The notes under the pieces are model-generated. The model was given only the letters and a program-made list of their open reading frames with translations, searched no databases and had not been told where the DNA came from. From the NCBI GenBank assembly GCA_963713865.1, contig OY970208.1:448001-512000 (forward strand): 64,000 nt of DNA. Direction: 5' to 3'. The stretch is from an uncultured candidate division Zixibacteria bacterium (GTDB taxonomy: Bacteria; Zixibacteria; MSB-5A5; RBG-16-43-9). A program made the position numbers and the translations under genes. Shown here one piece after another: positions 1 through 7,006 of the stretch; position 1 is the first letter of the stretch, and each line of letters begins with the position of its first letter.

Positions 1-423
1 CTCTGGGCTGAATTTTTCGATTATCATTTCTCAGTAGACCCGCTTTATCAGCGCAGGATAGACTCGGAAAAGGATATCGCCGATCTCCTGATAAAAGCAG
101 TTGACGATGAAAATAAATTCATATGCGTGGCTGAATGCAATGAGAGTTTAATTGGCTACATCTGGTGTGAAATCGATAAAAAGCCCCCCTGTTACGAAAA
201 CCGTTTTTACGGACTGGTGAGCGACATTGCAGTTACTAAAAAGTACAGAGGAAAGGGCATTGCCAAATCACTGCTCAAAAACGGGCTTGACTGGTTCAAA
301 ACTAAAGATATAAAACATATTGAAGCTCGCGTATTGTTAGCCAATCCATTGGCTACCAAATTCTGGACATCAAGCGGCTTTGAACCTTTTATTAAAATAT
401 TTCGCTATAAACTGAATAAATAA
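1..423 (+). CDS. GNAT family N-acetyltransferase (5'-truncated by window edge)
   Basis: Frame is open from base 1 (LWAEFFDYHF...). Acetyl-CoA motif A 'DIAVTKKYRGKGIAKSLL' and C-terminal 'N..A.KFW...GF'. Confidence 0.85.
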   Translation, partial: LWAEFFDYHFSVDPLYQRRIDSEKDIADLLIKAVDDENKFICVAECNESLIGYIWCEIDKKPPCYENRFYGLVSDIAVTKKYRGKGIAKSLLKNGLDWFKTKDIKHIEARVLLANPLATKFWTSSGFEPFIKIFRYKLNK

Positions 424-435
424 AGCTGGGATTTA

Positions 436-470
436 GGACAGAATCCGCCTTAGGCGGATTCTGTCCCTAC
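436..470. repeat. REP-like hairpin, GGGACAGAA family, with nested CCGCC-TTA-GGCGG mini-hairpin
   Basis: GGACAGAATCCGCC-TTA-GGCGGATTCTGTCC followed by CTAC. Relatives at ~30674-30709, 50205-50232 and 57424-57456. Confidence 0.8.
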
Positions 471-510
471 TTAGCTACACGACAATAAAGATTTTTTTAT
501 TTTTTGAAGT

Positions 511-580
511 TCGTAGCGTCCGAACCCGTGTCGGACGTTCTTTTTATAACTTTGCCGGGTAATTCCCATTGCCCGACCTG
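511..580. repeat. REP-like element (TCGTAGCGTCCGA family), copy 1
   Basis: TCGTAGCGTCCGAACCCGTGTCGGACGTT...GCCCGACCTG. Near-identical ends at 1887-1956; related copy at ~61734-61764. Confidence 0.8.
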
Positions 581-649
581 TCTGTAATCTTCTTATTAAT
601 TAAAAAATTTTGTTGTGAATTATTCTAAATTGGGTATAATATTAAAGGT

Positions 650-715
650 ATAGGTACTAAAAGCATTAGCAAGAGGAAGAGTCCTTTAGACACTTTAAAT
701 TTAGGGAAAGGAGGT
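650..715 (+). pseudogene. Putative remnant of the 3' end of a tyrosine recombinase (integron-integrase-like) gene
   Basis: Translates to IGTKSISKRKSPLDTLNLGKGG, resembling the tail after the catalytic YTHV in integron-type recombinases (..S.K...KI.SPLD.L). Lies ~60 bp upstream of the attI-like site. Confidence 0.5.
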
Positions 716-777
716 CTCGGGCTGACCCCGATTTATCGGGGTCAGAGTAGAGGAAGGCTGATCTTCAGCCAGAGGTG

Positions 778-814
778 GTATAGACGAACCAATTCGTCTA
801 TGAACAAGCTATCG
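778..814 (+). other. attI-like recombination site, copy 1
   Basis: GTATAGACGAACCAATTCGTCTATGAACAAG|CTATCG. 33/35 identical to 2139-2173, with internal palindrome TAGACGAA-CCAA-TTCGTCTA. The following bases GCTATCGGA match (1 mismatch) the reverse complement of TCCGATAAC at the downstream attC. Confidence 0.6.
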
Positions 815-854
815 GAAATAAATTATTTTTTTATTGCTATTTTTTTGCTTTTAT

Positions 855-1640
855 ATGAAAAAATTAAACTTTCAACCTTCATTTCTACAAATTTTATATT
901 TGGTAATCTATTTAATTCTATTTTCTTTTATAATTTCTACTCCGATATTAATCAGTGGATCTGTATATTTAACGGAAAAATTTATTGTCGATGAAGAAAT
1001 CATCGAAGGGTCTCTTCTTGGTATTTCGTTTTTTCTGAGTATTTTGATATTAAATTTATATAAACATGAAGTTTACAAACAAAAAGAACTAATTAAAAAA
1101 ATTAATAATGATAAAAAGACGGCTGAGGAAAAGCTTTTTGATTCATTGAATTATATTGGTAAAGTAAATGTCCAAATTCAGGAAATTAAGTCAATTTTTA
1201 ATAATACTAATAAATATCCGGAAACAAAAAATGATTTTAAAAAAGCCTTCCGTTTTCTTAGCGGGCGCGTTCTTGGAATCGTAAACACGAATTGGGTCTT
1301 ATTTAGAATAATTAACAGCAATACCCAGAAAACTATCAGCGAATGCTTTGAAACAAGGCAAGGCTTTTCTTTTAATCATCCTCAGATCAAGAATAAAATG
1401 ATTATTGAAAAACAACTTATTTTACCCTTTACTACAGTCATTTCAAATCCGCAAAATTTAAATATCCTCGTCTGTTGTGTTTTGCCCATCGATGAAATCA
1501 GCAATGATCAGCGTATTTTTATTCAAGCTATTATAAACGAGATCACTATGCTGTTTGTTATTTTAAATTCCTCATATTACAAAAACGAAAATAACATTCT
1601 TGCAGAAAATAAACCTGCTAAAAAAATAGTAAAAAAATAA
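855..1640 (+). CDS. Gene-cassette hypothetical membrane protein (2 N-terminal TM, coiled coil, GAF-like C-terminus)
   Basis: ORF 834..1640, likely ATG at 855. Markedly AT-rich compared with flanks; immediately followed by an attC-like site. Confidence 0.7.
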   Translation: MKKLNFQPSFLQILYLVIYLILFSFIISTPILISGSVYLTEKFIVDEEIIEGSLLGISFFLSILILNLYKHEVYKQKELIKKINNDKKTAEEKLFDSLNYIGKVNVQIQEIKSIFNNTNKYPETKNDFKKAFRFLSGRVLGIVNTNWVLFRIINSNTQKTISECFETRQGFSFNHPQIKNKMIIEKQLILPFTTVISNPQNLNILVCCVLPIDEISNDQRIFIQAIINEITMLFVILNSSYYKNENNILAENKPAKKIVKK

Positions 1641-1648
1641 TTTACCTC

Positions 1649-1772
1649 CGATAACAAGTTATCTCCGGTCCGGGAATTTTTCAATTAATAAAATTAAGGT
1701 GCGCTAAATCCCCTCCCCTGAATTCGCTTTCGTTTCACTTCAGCGAACTTCAGATCTACCTGAACGTTAATC
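1649..1772 (+). other. attC site 1 (degenerate)
   Basis: R'' CGATAAC (1649-1655) to R' GTTAATC (1766-1772), with imperfect inner inverted repeats; starts 9 bp after the stop codon. Confidence 0.6.
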
Positions 1773-1785
1773 TGATCTTAGATCT

Positions 1786-1812
1786 TGTAGAAAGGATATA
1801 ATAAAATTCCTG
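1786..1812 (+). repeat. 27-bp direct repeat following the last attC of module 1
   Basis: TGTAGAAAGGATATAATAAAATTCCTG; 25/27 identical to 5409-5435. Confidence 0.8.
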
Positions 1813-1886
1813 TCCTGCGGAGAAAAATATTCTATTTTGCAGTTGCCCAATCAATTGAACCTTTTTTAAGCATTGACACGGTCAGC

Positions 1887-1956
1887 TCGTAGCGTCCGAA
1901 CCTGTGTCGGACGTTTTTTTTAAATTTTGTCTGTCAGTCACTGACAGCCCGACCTG
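1887..1956. repeat. REP-like element (TCGTAGCGTCCGA family), copy 2
   Basis: Same ends as 511-580; precedes module 2. Confidence 0.8.
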
Positions 1957-1985
1957 GGAAACTTGTAAAAAAATCAAAATTTTTC

Positions 1986-2014
1986 TTGACAAGATTTTTG
2001 GGGGTTAGTATTAT
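1986..2014 (+). promoter_or_regulatory. Sigma70-type promoter upstream of attI-like copy 2 (candidate cassette promoter)
   Basis: TTGACA (1986-1991), 17-bp spacer, TATTAT (2009-2014). Confidence 0.6.
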
Positions 2015-2138
2015 ATTGACAGTTCAATTTCTAATTTACATCTATGGGGAGAATATATTCGTCATAGTCGTCTATATCTCTCTATAAGGAGCAATACCCG
2101 GTGTAGCTGCCGTAAAACTTTTATCGGACAAAATTGGA

Positions 2139-2175
2139 GTATAAACGAACCAATTCGTCTATGAACAAGTTATGT
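2139..2175 (+). other. attI-like recombination site, copy 2
   Basis: GTATAAACGAACCAATTCGTCTATGAACAAG|TTATGT. GTTATGTGAA (2169-2178) is the exact reverse complement of TTCACATAAC (3274-3283) in the downstream attC. Confidence 0.7.
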
Positions 2176-2231
2176 GAAATTGCACTGCCATGTAACTAAT
2201 TGTCATTTTGGTTCAAACCTTAAGGCCGAAC

Positions 2232-3227
2232 ATGAAATCGTCAAACCTTCTTTTCCTTGTGGTTCTCTCCACTTTTTATCTCAATGTTTCCGGGGCTCAG
2301 GGAAAACTGGATGTTCCAAGTGCCATCTCGATCAAGATTCAAACCTCAAAGGCACAGCCAGCTGTGGGAAGCGGACTGGGGGTCATGGCAGAAATCAAGA
2401 ATGTGTCCAACACCATTGTTAGCCTCCATGCGAAAAGTCTTACGCTTACGCTTCCACCGGAACTCGAGGGGCCTTTCCAGCCTTCCTGGGCCGAGTACGC
2501 ATTGTTTCCCACTGAAATGGAAACCCCAAAAGACTACTACGATGCCTACATAAGGCTTCAACCCGGAGATACATACAAAGTCTTTTGGAGTCCGGGAAGG
2601 GGAGAGAAGACAAGCGACACGCCTTCTTTCTCTCCAATTATAACCCTCGTAAAGACAATCACATCCGAACTGCGATTTCTCTTATTTTCGCCCGGCGAAT
2701 ACACATTAACCGTTAATGCAAAGTATTGGCTCGAACCCAATAACAATTATCATACGGTTACGGAAAGTACCACACTTCCTTTCGCTGCACCAGAGTCAGT
2801 GATTCTTGTGGGTGCTGCATTTGGCGGTTTGATTGCGTTCTATCTATTCCCCCAGGCACGGCGAAGGTTTGTCATGCGCAAGAAACCCCGCGAGGATTCC
2901 CTCATGGCATTCGTCTTATTTGTCGTGAAAGAGGTCACAGGTATTACTGGCTCGATCCTCCTGAGCGTAGTAGTCACAATCCTCCTTTCGCGAATCTCTG
3001 AAACACAGTTCCTTATTAAAGTAACCATCACCGATTTCTGGGGAGCCATTGCCATAGGATTTGTGGCGAATTACTCAGGGGCGAAAATCCTCGATAGGTG
3101 GCCACCACAGGGTACTTCATCATCCGTTCAGGTTGGTTCCCCTACCCCATCAGCGGAAGCAGCGGCAACTGCCGGAGAAAAAGTGCTCTCCAATGAAGAG
3201 AAACACGAGGACCGTGAAGGCAAATGA
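2232..3227 (+). CDS. Gene-cassette hypothetical protein (signal peptide, Ig-like beta domain, 3 C-terminal TM helices)
   Basis: ORF 2208..3227, probable start MKSSNLLFLVV at 2232; bounded by attI-like and attC sites. Confidence 0.75.
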   Translation: MKSSNLLFLVVLSTFYLNVSGAQGKLDVPSAISIKIQTSKAQPAVGSGLGVMAEIKNVSNTIVSLHAKSLTLTLPPELEGPFQPSWAEYALFPTEMETPKDYYDAYIRLQPGDTYKVFWSPGRGEKTSDTPSFSPIITLVKTITSELRFLLFSPGEYTLTVNAKYWLEPNNNYHTVTESTTLPFAAPESVILVGAAFGGLIAFYLFPQARRRFVMRKKPREDSLMAFVLFVVKEVTGITGSILLSVVVTILLSRISETQFLIKVTITDFWGAIAIGFVANYSGAKILDRWPPQGTSSSVQVGSPTPSAEAAATAGEKVLSNEEKHEDREGK

Positions 3228-3276
3228 TATCGGTAGGACGAAAGTATGGCAAGGGGTTTCATAAGAGTGTAACTTC

Positions 3277-3376
3277 ACATAACAGTCGGCACAATCAAAA
3301 GTGTTCGCTCATCACCTCGCTCATTTGATAGAAAAGCATGGTGCTCGGCGTTGCGTTGTGCCGCGGGATGTTATAT
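3277..3376 (+). other. attC site 2
   Basis: R'' ACATAAC (3277-3283), inner arms CGGCACAA/TTGTGCCG, R' GTTATAT (3370-3376). Confidence 0.8.
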
Positions 3377-3418
3377 GGCAGTATGCTCAATGTTCAACTT
3401 AATTCAACGGAGTGAACC

Positions 3419-3709
3419 ATGAAACATAAAGTTGCAGTTGAAGTTACGGGCCACTTTACATCGGTTTTTGTTCAACTAGAGGGTGTTGAGATCGGGCTCT
3501 CCTTTGATGGTGACAAGACCTGGAAAGCAACGAAAGAACTTGAAATCGTAGGAGACCTTGACCTCGTATTCGAAGTCCGTGGCTTGAATGGGACGCAATG
3601 GACTATTTCAATCACGCTGGATGATGCTGAAAAACCAACGTTCAAAAAGTCAGGCACCATCGAACACGATAATCGCTACTTCCTGAAGGTATCAATACCT
3701 GTAAAATGA
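3419..3709 (+). CDS. Gene-cassette hypothetical small beta-rich protein
   Basis: 96-aa ORF with GGAG RBS; first gene of a two-gene cassette. Confidence 0.7.
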   Translation: MKHKVAVEVTGHFTSVFVQLEGVEIGLSFDGDKTWKATKELEIVGDLDLVFEVRGLNGTQWTISITLDDAEKPTFKKSGTIEHDNRYFLKVSIPVK

Positions 3710-3730
3710 CCGGAAAGGAGAGGTTCGTTT

Positions 3731-4627
3731 ATGAAAAGTTTACTGATGATATTGCCATTATTTCTCTTATCCTTCTCATTGGGATGGGCTCAATCCAGCT
3801 TTGAAGATTCTGACGGAAAGAGTAGCTTCATATTTGATGAGATAGGAGGGACTGGAAAAATCAATTTGACAGATGCCAGTATCAAGATCAGCTATCTCTA
3901 TCGGAAGAGCAATAAACCCTGCCGCTATGGCGTTGAACTCTCAGGCAAAGCAACAAATGGGATCAGCACACTTTTTGAAAAAGACAATATTGCACCTGAG
4001 GCAAAAGTGAAGGTGTCTTTTGGCCGCCAGTGGCTTCTGAGCAAGAAGTCCCCCGGCAGCGATAAAGTAAAGAGGGGCATTATCGTTGATGACTGGGCAA
4101 CCATTCAACTGGGTTACTCCAGGGCACAATACAAACTGTTTACTCCATCAAAGCCCCTTGCTGATCAAATACAGAAAAAAAACTTCGATGGTTTCTCTCT
4201 CACAGCATATTACAATGCGCTCCTGAGAGGCAATGTCTTAATAGGTCTTTCTATAGGACTCGATCACCAAAGCAACTACACCTCCCTGAAAGAAATCGAA
4301 CTGTCTGATAGAACAACTGTATTTGACAGTGCCGGTTTTTCGCGCATAACGAACAAGACCGAAAAACTCCGGCAGGGGAACTTCGCTGAAGTAAACCACT
4401 TTCTTGGGAACTATGATATCGTTTGGGTGCCAGAGTTTCTACATAATCGAATCGGTTTTGATCTATTTAGCAGGTTTGACTGGAATAAGGATGACAATTC
4501 ATTCAAACCCGGTATTGGCGTCTTCATAACTGAAGAAGAGGCGTGGACCAAAGTGGTCGGTGGTATCACTTTTGAGTCGGTTGAAGGAAACCTTAGGGTC
4601 GGACTTCTCGCTGGGTTTAATTTCTGA
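3731..4627 (+). CDS. Gene-cassette putative outer-membrane beta-barrel protein
   Basis: AGGAG RBS, signal peptide, alternating amphipathic strands and terminal Phe ('LLAGFNF'). Confidence 0.7.
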   Translation: MKSLLMILPLFLLSFSLGWAQSSFEDSDGKSSFIFDEIGGTGKINLTDASIKISYLYRKSNKPCRYGVELSGKATNGISTLFEKDNIAPEAKVKVSFGRQWLLSKKSPGSDKVKRGIIVDDWATIQLGYSRAQYKLFTPSKPLADQIQKKNFDGFSLTAYYNALLRGNVLIGLSIGLDHQSNYTSLKEIELSDRTTVFDSAGFSRITNKTEKLRQGNFAEVNHFLGNYDIVWVPEFLHNRIGFDLFSRFDWNKDDNSFKPGIGVFITEEEAWTKVVGGITFESVEGNLRVGLLAGFNF

Positions 4628-4649
4628 ATTAGTTCATGAGCGTGCCACC

Positions 4650-4753
4650 CCATAACAATCGCAACCACGACATTCGCTCTTTCAAATAATTATTATAGTT
4701 CTAACTCAATGGCGGAACTGTGTGGTTGCTCGAACCGGTACATTTTGTTTGGC
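4650..4753 (+). other. attC site 3 (degenerate R')
   Basis: R'' CCATAAC (4650-4656), inner arms GCAACCAC/GTGGTTGC. R' is either GGTACAT (4737) or GTTTGGC (4747); the latter matches the next attC's GCCTAAC with 1 mismatch. Confidence 0.6.
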
Positions 4754-4873
4754 GATTTGAAAGGAGGTGTGTATAAGATGTAGAAAGGGGAGTAAGAGCT
4801 TTTGTGACCGGTGGATGGTTTTAGTTCAACAAAAAGTCAGTGGACAAATCTCAAAAACAAAAGAGGTAACATT

Positions 4874-5218
4874 ATGGCAACGGTTAATTTTGAAGTTAAG
4901 AATTATGAAATTAAGATTGCTAGAGAACTAAACGGTACGGCAGGTGGACTTAACCTAAAGTTCCCTGCTTATATTCTTTGTAAAGGAGTTGAATACCATG
5001 CTGTTGTATACGTTCTAGACGATACCAGCCCGGTACCAGCTAACACATTTCTGCCAGCATACAAAAGAGGTACGATTTTTGTTCCAAGATGGCAATTTAA
5101 ATGGTTTGTTGATCTACTTCGCAACGAGAAACCTATATTTTGCTACCTCAACAGTGATACGCCAAAGTGGAATAGTCTTTATACTGGAGCAGAGCCAGTA
5201 GGTGAAGCAGAGATATAA
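4874..5218 (+). CDS. Gene-cassette hypothetical protein
   Basis: ORF 4811..5218, likely ATG at 4874 after GAGG. C-terminus 'DLLRNEKPIF...TGAEPVGEAE'; followed by attC. Confidence 0.75.
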   Translation: MATVNFEVKNYEIKIARELNGTAGGLNLKFPAYILCKGVEYHAVVYVLDDTSPVPANTFLPAYKRGTIFVPRWQFKWFVDLLRNEKPIFCYLNSDTPKWNSLYTGAEPVGEAEI

Positions 5219-5260
5219 ATTAGCTTGTGGATAGAATATGGTTTTACATGAAAAACGGTC

Positions 5261-5369
5261 GCCTAACAATGGATTGGTGTTGGTAAAACCCTTCGGGAAA
5301 TCGGCAGGCTTTATTTTCGTATTTTTAAAGGAAGAAGCCTGCCGACTTCGCCAATCCAAACCGTTATAC
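5261..5369 (+). other. attC site 4
   Basis: R'' GCCTAAC, arms GGATTGG/CCAATCC, long stem TCGGCAGGCTT/AAGCCTGCCGA, R' GTTATAC (5363-5369). Confidence 0.85.
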
Positions 5370-5408
5370 GCCATCATTTAGTCTAATTTTTATCCCCGTT
5401 AGGCGGAC

Positions 5409-5435
5409 TGTGGAAAGGATATAATGAAATTCCTG
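5409..5435 (+). repeat. 27-bp direct repeat following the last attC of module 2
   Basis: TGTGGAAAGGATATAATGAAATTCCTG; matches 1786-1812. Confidence 0.8.
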
Positions 5436-5487
5436 AAGATAAACATTATGATTTTACGATTAAATTGAATCTGTCCCTTCCTACGGA

Positions 5488-6996
5488 TCAAAAATCAGAC
5501 ATCAACTCTTTTATCTTCACCAAATCCCCAACCAATATCCTGTCTTTTTTGATTTCTTTGACCCTTTGTTTTATTCTGTTAAATATCTTATTTGTCCCGA
5601 TCCCTGGCTTCAAAGGTGCTCTAAAACAAACCCCCTGATAAGCGCATAGAAACTCAATTGCCAAAACCTCTTCAGTATTATTGGCAATTTCCCTTGCCTT
5701 TCTTGAGGCAATAGTCCCCATACTCACATGGTCTTCCTGATTCAAGGAAGTTGGTATGGAATCAACTGATGCAGGATGAGCCAAGACCTTGTTTTCTGAG
5801 ACCAAGGCGGCGGCTGTGGTTTGAGCCATCATCAAACCTGAGTTTATACCCGGCTCACTGATAAGAAAAGCTGGCAGGTCAGTTATATTAGGATCCATCA
5901 TGACGGCTATCCTTCTTTCCGAGATACTGGCAAGCTCAGCCATTGCAATCCCCAGGAAATCCAATGCCAAGGCAACCGGCTCACCGTGAAAGTTCCCCCC
6001 GGAGATGATTTTTTTCTTGTCTGGAAAAATCAGAGGGTTATCTGTAACTGAATTCACTTCAATTTCCAAGACCGAGCGGACATAACCTAAAACATCCCTG
6101 ACAGCGCCGTGAACCTGGGGCATACAGCGAAAAGAGTAAGGGTCCTGAACTTTGGGACAGGCTTTATGGAACTCCCTAATCTGGCTGTTTTTCATAAGAG
6201 AAACTAAATTTTTAGCTGAGATAGACTGCCCTTTGTGTTTTCTTACTTTCTGCAAATCCTCGTCAAATGCCACTGGAGTAGCTAAAGCCGCTTCACAGCT
6301 TAAAGCCCCTGCCATATCCGATAACTCAGCCAATCTTTCTCCTTTGAGCAAAGTTAGAACTCCCAGACCGGTCATCATCTCAGTGCCATTAACCAGGGCA
6401 ATCCCCTCTTTGGCTGAAAGTTTTAAAGGCTTAAGTCCTGCTTTTCTCAAAACCTCTTTTCCAGACAAGAGTCTTTTCTTATCCCAAGGATCCAAATTCG
6501 GATAAAAAGCCCATCCCTCTCCAATCAATACCAGGGCTATAAAAGATAAAGGAGCTAAATCCCCGGACGCCCCCACCGAGCCTTTTTCCGGAACCATAGG
6601 TGTAATTCCGGAGTTTAGTAATTTGATTAGACTGTCAATTACCTCTACTCTCACTCCTGAATGACCTTTGGCTAAAACGTTCGCCTGGAGGAGCATTGCA
6701 GCTCTGACCTCTTCCTCGCAGAAGACTGGTCCAACTCCAATCGCATGACTTAAAATCAAATTCTTCTGTAATTTTTCGATTTCCGCCGGGCTGATTTTAA
6801 CTTTACAGAGCTTCCCAAATCCAGTATTAATCCCGTAAACTGTCTCCCCTTTCTTGACTATCTTTTCCACATATTTCCTACAGCGTTTAATTTTGGGAAT
6901 AGCTTTTTTGGAAAGCCTGACTAAAGCTTTTCCATGGGCAACTTGTTCGATTTGTTCTAATTTTAGATTTTCCCCGTCGATTGTAATAAATTTCAT
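5488..6996 (-). CDS. hutH: Histidine ammonia-lyase
   Basis: VYGINTGFG, MIO-forming GSVGASGDLAPL, QDPYSFRC, SGGNFHG and NQEDHVSMG motifs. Confidence 0.95.
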   Translation of the reverse strand: MKFITIDGENLKLEQIEQVAHGKALVRLSKKAIPKIKRCRKYVEKIVKKGETVYGINTGFGKLCKVKISPAEIEKLQKNLILSHAIGVGPVFCEEEVRAAMLLQANVLAKGHSGVRVEVIDSLIKLLNSGITPMVPEKGSVGASGDLAPLSFIALVLIGEGWAFYPNLDPWDKKRLLSGKEVLRKAGLKPLKLSAKEGIALVNGTEMMTGLGVLTLLKGERLAELSDMAGALSCEAALATPVAFDEDLQKVRKHKGQSISAKNLVSLMKNSQIREFHKACPKVQDPYSFRCMPQVHGAVRDVLGYVRSVLEIEVNSVTDNPLIFPDKKKIISGGNFHGEPVALALDFLGIAMAELASISERRIAVMMDPNITDLPAFLISEPGINSGLMMAQTTAAALVSENKVLAHPASVDSIPTSLNQEDHVSMGTIASRKAREIANNTEEVLAIEFLCAYQGVCFRAPLKPGIGTNKIFNRIKQRVKEIKKDRILVGDLVKIKELMSDF

Positions 6997-7006
6997 TGTT
7001 CTCCCC

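Noticed and set aside
800-994. 64-aa ORF starting inside the attI-like site
   Set aside because: Overlaps the longer cassette gene in another frame; low-complexity AT-rich translation.
778-2173. 35-bp palindromic direct repeat as a CRISPR repeat
   Set aside because: Only two copies, 1.36 kb apart, with a gene between them and no cas genes; the cassette-boundary complementarity fits attI better.
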